A model generated the notes under the pieces. The model had not been told where the DNA came from and searched no databases. It worked only from the letters and a program-made list of their open reading frames with translations. A stretch of 43,523 bases of DNA, taken from contig JAYGCM010000013.1 of NCBI GenBank assembly GCA_046583355.1, positions 1 to 43,523 on the forward strand, read 5' to 3'. The position numbers were made by a program, and so were the translations under genes. Source of the DNA: Deltaproteobacteria bacterium. GTDB lineage: Bacteria > Desulfobacterota > Binatia > UBA12015. Below, piece after piece: positions 10,474 through 17,717 of this stretch (position 1 is the first letter of the stretch; the number at the start of each line of letters is the position of its first letter).

Positions 10474-11915
10474 ATGATGAAGAACGTTCGCCGATGGAAG
10501 AGGTCGATGTCGCCGAGGCATTGGTACGCAAGCGGCGCGGAGTCTCCGTTGTCTGGTTGGTGCCGATCGTCGCCGCGGTGATCGCCGGAGGCTTGTGGCT
10601 GCAGGCTCTGCGGGCCCGTGGTCCGGTGGTGACCGTCGTTTTCGATGATGGCAGCAGCCTTGACGCGGGCCAGACCAAGGTCCAATACGACGGCGTTGAG
10701 GTGGGGCGGGTCGAGGCCGTCGAGCTTTCTGCGGATCTGGCTACGGTGATCACCACGATTCAGCTCGATTCGTCCGCAGGCCGCATGGCGCGGGAAGGCG
10801 CTGAATATTGGGTGGTCCGACCGAGTATCGGCATCGGCGGAATCTCTGGCCTGGAGACCTTGGTTTCGGGCTCCTATATCGGTGTGGTTCCCGGCCGGGG
10901 CGAAAAAAAGAAGTCCTTTACGGGCGTTGGTCAACCGCCGATGGCGGCAACGCGGATCCCGGGCCTGCAATTGCAACTCACGTCCAAGAGCCTGGCCTCG
11001 TTGGAGGTCGGCTCGCCGGTCGCGTTTCGCCAGATTCAGGTCGGCGAGGTCACCGGATACAAGCTGCGCGAGGACCGCTCGGGCGTCGATCTGACCCTGG
11101 TGGTCTACGATCGCCACAAGCACCTGGTGCGTTTGGGATCGCGTTTCTACAATGCCAGCGGTATCGACGTCACGCTTGGCGGCTCCGGGCTCAAGCTGGA
11201 GACGCAATCGGTTGCTGCCATGTTGCTCGGCGGCGTTTCCTTCCTGACGCCCGTGGGTGATGCTGGCGGCGGCGTAGTGGCTGATGGGGCTCGCTTCGAA
11301 TTGCATGTCGATCTCGCGTCGGTCCGTCGGGAAAAGCGGATCCGCGAGGGGCTGACTCTTGTATTGGAATCAGGCGCGCTGGGATCGATCAAAAAAGGCG
11401 ACCCGGTTTCCTATCGCGAGGTGCAGGTGGGCGAGGTGCTCCATGCCGAGCTCGGGTCTGAATCGACCAAGGTATTCGTCCACGTCAATATATGGCCCAA
11501 ATATACGGCTCTGGTGCGCGCCAATTCCGTGTTCTGGAACGCCAGCGGCCTGCAGGCACATTTCGGCCTCTTCAGTGGTCTCGACATCTCGGTGGAATCG
11601 TTGGAAGCCCTGCTTGCGGGAGGGATTGCCTTTGCCACGCCCGATGAACCGGGCCCGCAGGTGGGCAATGGCGCGGCTTTCCGGATTGTCGCCAAAGCCA
11701 AAGAAGATTGGCTGAGTTGGGCGCCGCGGATCGGGCGGGTTGTCGAAACCGTGGTCCATGCCCCGGCCGCCGCAATGCAAAAGGGCGTCGATATCCTGGT
11801 GCCCGGAAACGAGGGGGCCGACCTGCCTGAGGCAAGCGCGGATTCCGTGCCCGAAGGAGTAATCGCCCCTGCGAAGCACGCACCGCACCGCCACGGCGGA
11901 CACCGCGGTCCTTAG
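10470..11915 (+). CDS. MCE-family intermembrane lipid transport protein (PqiB/LetB-like, 3 MCE domains)
   Basis: ATGA overlap; SVVWLVPIVA TM anchor; three MCE repeats (TKVQYDGVEVGRV; GSPVAFRQIQVGEV; GDPVSYREVQVGEV) followed by WVVRP / FYNASG / FWNASG. Confidence 0.88.
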   Translation: MNDEERSPMEEVDVAEALVRKRRGVSVVWLVPIVAAVIAGGLWLQALRARGPVVTVVFDDGSSLDAGQTKVQYDGVEVGRVEAVELSADLATVITTIQLDSSAGRMAREGAEYWVVRPSIGIGGISGLETLVSGSYIGVVPGRGEKKKSFTGVGQPPMAATRIPGLQLQLTSKSLASLEVGSPVAFRQIQVGEVTGYKLREDRSGVDLTLVVYDRHKHLVRLGSRFYNASGIDVTLGGSGLKLETQSVAAMLLGGVSFLTPVGDAGGGVVADGARFELHVDLASVRREKRIREGLTLVLESGALGSIKKGDPVSYREVQVGEVLHAELGSESTKVFVHVNIWPKYTALVRANSVFWNASGLQAHFGLFSGLDISVESLEALLAGGIAFATPDEPGPQVGNGAAFRIVAKAKEDWLSWAPRIGRVVETVVHAPAAAMQKGVDILVPGNEGADLPEASADSVPEGVIAPAKHAPHRHGGHRGP

Positions 11916-11925
11916 TCGGCCGTCT

Positions 11926-12285
11926 CTAGAAAGGCATTTCTTCGTCGGACGGGGGCGGGGCGTCGCCGAAGGGCATATCGTCGGCGGCCTGCTGTTGGTC
12001 GCCGATGCGTATCAGGTCCCAGACATCCAGGCTGTTGAAGTACCGGATCTCGTTTTTGGGGCTGGTCCACTCGCGCCCGCGCAGGCTGAAGTCGACCTTC
12101 ACCTCGTCGCCGACCTTGAAATCGTTGATCTTGTCGACCCGATTTCCTGTGAGTTGAAATTGCACGTATTGCGGATACTCCGAGTTTTCCTCAAGCACCA
12201 ACACGAATTCGCGTTTTCGAAAACGCTCCGTGATTTGCTTGGTCTCCTCGATCTTGTAGATGCGGCCGCCAATCTCCATTCCCAT
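11926..12285 (-). CDS. DUF3127-like OB-fold protein with SSB-like acidic tail
   Basis: MEIGGRIYKI..FRKREFVL..YPQYVQFQL..VKVDFSLRGREW..YFNSLDVW; ends SDEEMPF. Start is 12285 or 12279. Confidence 0.8.
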   Translation of the reverse strand: MGMEIGGRIYKIEETKQITERFRKREFVLVLEENSEYPQYVQFQLTGNRVDKINDFKVGDEVKVDFSLRGREWTSPKNEIRYFNSLDVWDLIRIGDQQQAADDMPFGDAPPPSDEEMPF

Positions 12286-12357
12286 GCGACCCACGTTAGC
12301 GCGGACGCCAGCGGAATTCATCCCGCCTGGCGTTGTCGCGGCTGGCCGCGACGACAC

Positions 12358-13137
12358 TCAAGGAAGCTCGGTCGGCTCAGCGTTGCGCAGGAAGACGCGG
12401 AACCCCTGCGCTCCCGGCAGCAGGTCGCCTGCGAAGCCCGGATCCAGAATTGTATAATGGTCCTGAGCCCAATAGCTGGGCTCCCAGCGCGCGGCCTCGT
12501 GCCAGCCGGCCACGCCGCTCTCCAGAGCTTCGATGGCCGGGATATCCGGGCGATCCGGGTGGGATCGGTGCATCTTGATGACATGGGTCTCCGGCAGCAC
12601 GAAGGCATCGATGTCGGCCGTGAACCATTCTTCGGCCGGTAGGGGGCGGGGCGCCAGGCCGGCGGCCCGCAGCGGCGTGACGATCCGGTAATATTGAGAG
12701 ACCGGCAACGGCAGGCCGACGCGGGGACGCTTGCCCCCGGAGCGCTGCGGAGCTCCGCGCGCAGGAACTCGACCAGGCCCTACTGCTGTCGATAATGCAG
12801 CTCCGAGACCTGCCCGAGGCCGTGACCAGGCGTGCGATGTACACGACCTGGAAAGTGCTCGGGGCACTCTCGGGCACCAGGTCCAGCGCATCGGCGGCGG
12901 CGCCGAGAAGTCCGCTCAGGTTGCCGTAGACGAAGGTCGGGAATCTTTCGGGACGAAGGAAGGAGCTCGGTTCAAGCGGAAGGAAGGAGTGAAAATACGT
13001 CGGCCAGATCAGCACCTCGTCCGGAAAGGCGAAGGAGTAGGCGAGTCCCCAGCCGAGGTTCCAGAACCGCACGGCCCCACCGGTCAGAAGGATGGCAAGG
13101 GCGAGTATAATTGTCGGCGGGGGGGGCGTGCGCTCAA
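12358..13137 (-). pseudogene. Degraded GT-C (ArnT/PMT-like) membrane glycosyltransferase
   Basis: N-terminal IILALAILLTGGAVRFWNLGWGL..PDE..IARLVTA in one frame; frame switch near 12815; in-frame TAG at 12780-12782; second frame switch near the homopolymer run at 12734-12738; C-terminal soluble part ending at stop 12358. Confidence 0.6.
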
Positions 13138-13179
13138 AATTGTGGCCTCTGATCAGGTTGTCGGGACCCGGCGGGACCT

Positions 13180-13665
13180 CTAGACGCCGGAACTTGCGCC
13201 GGTTTTGTCGCTCCAGCGTTGCAGCATGGAGAGTCGTTCGTCGCCTTTGCGGACGACCATCTCCTCCCAGGTGCGCTTGTAGCCCGTATGCTGAAGCTTC
13301 CAGGCGCCATCGAGTTTGACGTACTCGTCGCGGTACCAGGCGGTGCCCTGGATGGCGAAACCCTCTTTGTCGTCGATGTAGACGTCTTCCAGGCGCCAGA
13401 TTCCGGTGGCGGTCGTTTCGCTGGTGATGTCGATCTCGGGGTGATGGACCGTATGGCTCGAAAGAATATGCGCCGCATCCATGGACTCGCGGAAGAAGTC
13501 CAGGATCGCCTTGCGTCCGGAAAATGCGAATTTGCCGCCGCTATAGGAACAGGTGGCGTCTTCGGCGAAGCAATCTTCCATCTCGCCCCAAAGCTTATTG
13601 TCGAGGCAGCGCATATATTTATATTTCAGGCGCTTGATTGCTTCGATTTCTTGTAGGTCGAACAT
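13180..13665 (-). CDS. SnoaL/NTF2-like family protein (scytalone dehydratase/BaiE-like)
   Basis: EIEAIKRLKYKYMRCLD..W; SSHTVHHPEI..ATGIWRLED; YRDEYVKLDGAWK. Confidence 0.85.
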   Translation of the reverse strand: MFDLQEIEAIKRLKYKYMRCLDNKLWGEMEDCFAEDATCSYSGGKFAFSGRKAILDFFRESMDAAHILSSHTVHHPEIDITSETTATGIWRLEDVYIDDKEGFAIQGTAWYRDEYVKLDGAWKLQHTGYKRTWEEMVVRKGDERLSMLQRWSDKTGASSGV

Positions 13666-13694
13666 GATCTTTGCTCTCCGAGCGGGCGGCTGGC

Positions 13695-14063
13695 TCAGCG
13701 CTTGCGTCCGCGTGGTCTTGTCGGGTCGATGATCGGGATATTCGGACCCCGCAGGAGGTCCGAGATCGCCGGGTCGGGCTGTTTTTTACTCAGCGGAAGC
13801 ACTTTGGCCTTGCCGCCCTTCTCGACCTGGTCGATTCGGATGATGGCATGCATCGGGATCTGTGCCCTTTTCACGCCGCTGAACTCGGTTCGCACCTCTT
13901 GCTCGGAGGGGTCGAGAATAATGTCGGATTTTCCGCCCCAGACGAAATCGGAGATTTCGATGAAGCCGAAGAGTTCGGCCTGGTCGACGTGGCGGCAATA
14001 GACCTCAAGGGCCTTGTCCTCGTTGCGAAAGCGGACTCGATAAAGAAGTTTTTTTGTTGCCAC
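13695..14063 (-). CDS. DUF1820-like protein
   Basis: GTG start at 14063; LYRVRF..LFGFIEISDFVWG..ILDPSEQEVRTEFSGVKRAQIPMHAIIRIDQV. Confidence 0.8.
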   Translation of the reverse strand: MATKKLLYRVRFRNEDKALEVYCRHVDQAELFGFIEISDFVWGGKSDIILDPSEQEVRTEFSGVKRAQIPMHAIIRIDQVEKGGKAKVLPLSKKQPDPAISDLLRGPNIPIIDPTRPRGRKR

Positions 14064-14113
14064 GAGAGGGATACTCGCAGTCGGCCTCGCGGGACTCAAC
14101 TGCAACGCCGGGC

Positions 14114-14158
14114 AAAAAAACGGCCGGCCGCAGGCAAAGCCCGCGACCGGCCGTTTTT
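14114..14158 (-). terminator. Intrinsic terminator after the RRM gene (possibly bidirectional)
   Basis: Minus strand CGGCCGGTCGCGGGC-ttt-GCCTGCGGCCGGCCG followed by T7. Confidence 0.85.
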
Positions 14159-14165
14159 GGCTTGC

Positions 14166-14486
14166 CTACCAGCGGCTGCCGCGGCCACCGCCGCCGCCGC
14201 CGCCACCACCACCGCCGCCACCGCCACGAGGGCGATCTTCGCGGGGGCGCGCTTCGCTGACGTTCAGCGTGCGGCCATCATGCTCTTGGCCACCGAGGCC
14301 CTCAACGGCCGCGGCCGCTTCGTCGTCGCTGCTCATCTCGACAAATCCGAAGCCCTTGCTGCGGCCCGAGTCGCGGTCGGTGATGACGTTCGCGCTCTCA
14401 ACCGTGCCGTACTCGGCGAAAAGAGCACCGAGAGACGAATCGTCGACACTGTACGAGAGATTTCCAACGTAAATTTTCTTACCCAC
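14166..14486 (-). CDS. RRM (RNP-1) RNA-binding protein with Gly-rich tail
   Basis: RNP2 IYVGNL, RNP1 KGFGFVEM, LNVSEARPRE, poly-Gly C-terminus. Confidence 0.95.
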   Translation of the reverse strand: MGKKIYVGNLSYSVDDSSLGALFAEYGTVESANVITDRDSGRSKGFGFVEMSSDDEAAAAVEGLGGQEHDGRTLNVSEARPREDRPRGGGGGGGGGGGGGGRGSRW

Positions 14487-14605
14487 TATGAATCCTATTC
14501 TTCGTGCGGGTACAGGACCTGTCCTCGCGCGAACCTATTGTGGCATCGCCACGTTCTAGAGGCCGCAATGCCGGGATTATTCCCGGGTCCTGCGACCGCC
14601 ACTGC

Positions 14606-14824
14606 TTATTTTGCGCGGTATGTAATGCGTCCGCGAGTGAGATCGTAGGGAGATAGCTCCACGGTCACTTTATCTCCGGGGAGAATCTTGATGTAATGTT
14701 TGCGCATTTTTCCTGAAATATGAGCGATCATTTTATGACCGTTCTCTAGAGAAACGCGGAACATTGCGTTGGGCAGAGCTTCCTGCACAGTACCATTAAC
14801 TTCGATCGCATCGCCTTTAGGCAT
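14606..14824 (-). CDS. infA: Translation initiation factor IF-1
   Basis: 72 aa [75 protein letters not shown] before ATG 14824. Confidence 0.97.
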   Translation of the reverse strand: MPKGDAIEVNGTVQEALPNAMFRVSLENGHKMIAHISGKMRKHYIKILPGDKVTVELSPYDLTRGRITYRAK

Positions 14825-14900
14825 ATCTCCATTTCTTGAAGCATGCAGAAGCGCCCGAGGCACGCCCTCAAATTAAAGAACAGGCGAACCGCGAAAGAGT

Positions 14901-16622
14901 CTATTTTCGGGCCTTTTTCTTGGCCGGCTTTGGCTGCGGGTATATCGTCTTGCCTTCCTTGATGGTTTCGACCACGGCAATCTGGTCGATAGTCTCCGGT
15001 GCGACCTCCAATGGGTTGCCGTCGAGCACAACCAGATCCGCCAATTTGCCGACCTCGATCGAGCCTTTTTCGTTTTCTTCGAAATTCTGTCGGGCCGCGT
15101 GAATCGTCACGGCCTGGATGGCCTCAAGCGGTGTGACGCGCTCCTGCCAGCCCAGCGTCTGGCCGCTGCGCGTCGTGCGGTTCACGCCGGTCCAGATGAG
15201 GCGCGTCATATGCGGTGGGACGACCGGGCTATCGTTGTGGAAGGTATAGCGCAGGCCCTTGCGGCCGGCGGTATGGGCCGGGCTGATCTTTTCCGCACGG
15301 GCGCGGCCGAGAACCGAGTCACGGTGCCAATCGCCCCAATAGAAAGTATGCGCGACGAAGAAGGAAGGAATGATGCCGAGTTCGACCATTTGGTCGAGTT
15401 GGTCTTCCCGCACGGTCTGCGCATGGATCATCACCGTGCGATGGTCGCTCACTTTGCGCTCGTCGGCGACCTTGCCGACGGCGGCAATCAGGATATCGGC
15501 TGCAGCATCGCCGTTGGCGTGGGCGAGCAGCGGCCAGCCTTTGGCGGCATATTCGGCGACATAGCTTTCGACTTCCGCAGCGGGAAGCATCGGGTAGCCC
15601 CGGTAGTCTTCCGGCAGGCCTGCGGGAGGTTGGTGGTAGGGGTGGGTGAGGAAAGCCGTCTTGCCTTGTGGCGACCCGTCGAGCACGAGCTTGATGCCGC
15701 CGATCTTGAAGCGATTGGAATATTGGCCCATCGTGCGGCCCGCCAGGGCCTGGTCCGCGTCGCGCCAGATGGGGAAGGCGATGACGTCGATTTTCAGCAT
15801 GTCGCGCCGTGCGGCTTCTTCCAGCATGGCCACCGTGGCGGCGTCTGCAGCACCTTCTTGGGCCGTGGTGATGCCGTTCTTGGCGTATTCTTGCTGCGCG
15901 ACAGCCAGCGTGAGAAGCGTCTGGTCAAGATTCGGCGCGGGTAACGCACCGAGCAGCATATGCATCGCCGTCTCTTCGAGGACGCCATCGGGCTCTTGTG
16001 AGCCGGCCCGCCGCCGGATCACTCCGCCCGGAGGGTTCGGTGTCGCGGCCGTGATGCCGGCCAGCGCAAGCGCCTTGCTATTGGCGGAGGCCAGGTGCAA
16101 CGACGCGTGCAATACGACGACGGGTTTCTCGGTGGAAACCGCGTCGAGTTCGCTGCGCGTCGGATGGCGCTTCTCCGTCAATAACGAATCGTCATAGCCG
16201 AAGCCGAGTACCCAGCCGGTGATCGCCGTGATCGGCGAGGCTACCTGGATTCGCATCTCCCGTTGCAGGTCCGTGATATTGCGGATCGTCCCGACGGGCG
16301 CTGGCGCGATATTGCGCATGAAGCCGATGCGCGCCTGCATGGTGATATGGCCGTGCGCATCGATGAAGCCCGGCAGGATGGTACGTCCGCTCAGGTCATC
16401 GACCTGAGTCTGGGGGCCTTGCCATTGGAGAACCTCGGCCGTCGTGCCCACAGCCACGATCTTGCCGTCGCGGATGGCGATGGCCGCAGCGCTTGGCTGC
16501 GCGGCGTTGACGGTGACGACCGTCGCGCCGGTGAGGATCCGGTCGGCGGGTTCGGCTGCTGCTGCGGTCGTCAGGGCAAGGGCGAGCGGCAGGGCGAGCC
16601 AGCCAGAGATTCTGCTGTGCAT
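14901..16622 (-). CDS. Secreted amidohydrolase 3 (YtcJ-like)
   Basis: Start at 16622 with AGAGG RBS and signal peptide; LPGFIDAHGH, DGSPQGKTA, AHANGDAA, IHAQ, HNDSPV, KGSIEVGKLADLVVL. Confidence 0.9.
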   Translation of the reverse strand: MHSRISGWLALPLALALTTAAAAEPADRILTGATVVTVNAAQPSAAAIAIRDGKIVAVGTTAEVLQWQGPQTQVDDLSGRTILPGFIDAHGHITMQARIGFMRNIAPAPVGTIRNITDLQREMRIQVASPITAITGWVLGFGYDDSLLTEKRHPTRSELDAVSTEKPVVVLHASLHLASANSKALALAGITAATPNPPGGVIRRRAGSQEPDGVLEETAMHMLLGALPAPNLDQTLLTLAVAQQEYAKNGITTAQEGAADAATVAMLEEAARRDMLKIDVIAFPIWRDADQALAGRTMGQYSNRFKIGGIKLVLDGSPQGKTAFLTHPYHQPPAGLPEDYRGYPMLPAAEVESYVAEYAAKGWPLLAHANGDAAADILIAAVGKVADERKVSDHRTVMIHAQTVREDQLDQMVELGIIPSFFVAHTFYWGDWHRDSVLGRARAEKISPAHTAGRKGLRYTFHNDSPVVPPHMTRLIWTGVNRTTRSGQTLGWQERVTPLEAIQAVTIHAARQNFEENEKGSIEVGKLADLVVLDGNPLEVAPETIDQIAVVETIKEGKTIYPQPKPAKKKARK

Positions 16623-16701
16623 GCCTCTTCTCGTAGCGGCAAATTCCCGCAGAAATCTACTCCGGCCGCTGACCGCGCTCTTTTTCGCCGCAATTGCGCA
16701 C

Positions 16702-16738
16702 AAAAAAAGGGCGGCGGAGTTGCCCCCGCCGCCCTTTT
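16702..16738 (-). terminator. Intrinsic terminator after the dsbA-like gene (bidirectional shape)
   Basis: AAAAAAAGGGCGGCGG-agttgcc-CCGCCGCCCTTTT. Confidence 0.85.
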
Positions 16739-16757
16739 CGCGATCCGCGATTGGCGA

Positions 16758-17531
16758 TCAGCTTTTCTTCTTGATCTCGGCGTCGATGATCGATTTGTAG
16801 ATCTCGAGCGAGCGGCCTTGCGGCTTCTTGCCGTTGATGAAGAAGGTCGGCGTGCCACGCACGCCGGCTTTCGAGGCCTGGCGCATCTCGGCGCTGATCA
16901 GGGCCTGGGTGGATTTGTCGGCCATATCGGCTTTGAATTGCACGACATCGATGCCGATGGCCTCAGCCCATTCCGGGTATTTATCGTCGGCCAGGGTGCG
17001 GTAATTCTCGAAGATCATATCATGCATCTCCCAGAATTTGCCCTGCTTGCCCGCGGCAATCGCGGCCTTGGCCGCCGGCATGGCCTGCTTGTGGAAGGAG
17101 AGAGGGAAGTTCTTGTAGACGATCCGGAGGTCGTTGGGATAGGCTTCCATGAGGTCGTTGAGCAATCCGGTCGAGCGCGAGCAGAACGGGCATTGGAAGT
17201 CCGAGAACTCCACAATCGTGACCTTCGCGTCCTTCGGGCCCTTCGCATAGGAGTCGCCGACGGGAACATCGTAGACCTTATTGGGGTCGTCTTTGGGCTT
17301 CGCCGCGCGTGCCGGTGCGGCTGCCTTGGCCAGAATGGCCTTCTGTCCCTTGCTCAACGCGGCAAGCGCGGTGAGTACCTCTTTTTGCTGTGTCGAGACG
17401 GCATCGACCTTCTCGGCGAGCTGGCCGACTTCTTCTTTCAGCTGACCCTGATCCTGCGGCGTGGCGCAGCTGGCGAGAAAAAGGACCGAGGCGGCCGCGA
17501 TGGCCGTGGCGATATTAAACTTCCGATGCAT
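16758..17531 (-). CDS. DsbA-family thioredoxin-fold lipoprotein
   Basis: Start at 17531 with GAGGA RBS; lipobox LASC; coiled-coil linker; EFSDFQCPFC active site; GVRGTPTFFING cis-Pro loop. Confidence 0.92.
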   Translation of the reverse strand: MHRKFNIATAIAAASVLFLASCATPQDQGQLKEEVGQLAEKVDAVSTQQKEVLTALAALSKGQKAILAKAAAPARAAKPKDDPNKVYDVPVGDSYAKGPKDAKVTIVEFSDFQCPFCSRSTGLLNDLMEAYPNDLRIVYKNFPLSFHKQAMPAAKAAIAAGKQGKFWEMHDMIFENYRTLADDKYPEWAEAIGIDVVQFKADMADKSTQALISAEMRQASKAGVRGTPTFFINGKKPQGRSLEIYKSIIDAEIKKKS

Positions 17532-17587
17532 GAATTCCTCCGAAATGGTGCCGTGAAACTGAGCGGGCAATTGTTTGGTGAGGACCA

Positions 17588-17616
17588 ATTGTTCGTGGCC
17601 TTGGCCCCGTTGTCAA
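17588..17616 (-). promoter_or_regulatory. Putative sigma70 promoter of the dsbA-like gene
   Basis: Minus strand TTGACA (17616-17611), 17-nt spacer, AACAAT (17593-17588). Confidence 0.55.
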
Positions 17617-17717
17617 GGCGTCCTATCGGCAAAACTACATAAGGGGAATAGCCTCGGCACCGGGGCGGCATTCGGCCGGGTGCCGAGCGTGTGCGTTGCG
17701 GACACGCTCGTGACAGA

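Noticed and set aside
14180..14228. (CCG/CCA)n tandem repeat
   Set aside because: It simply encodes the Gly-rich tail of the RRM protein.
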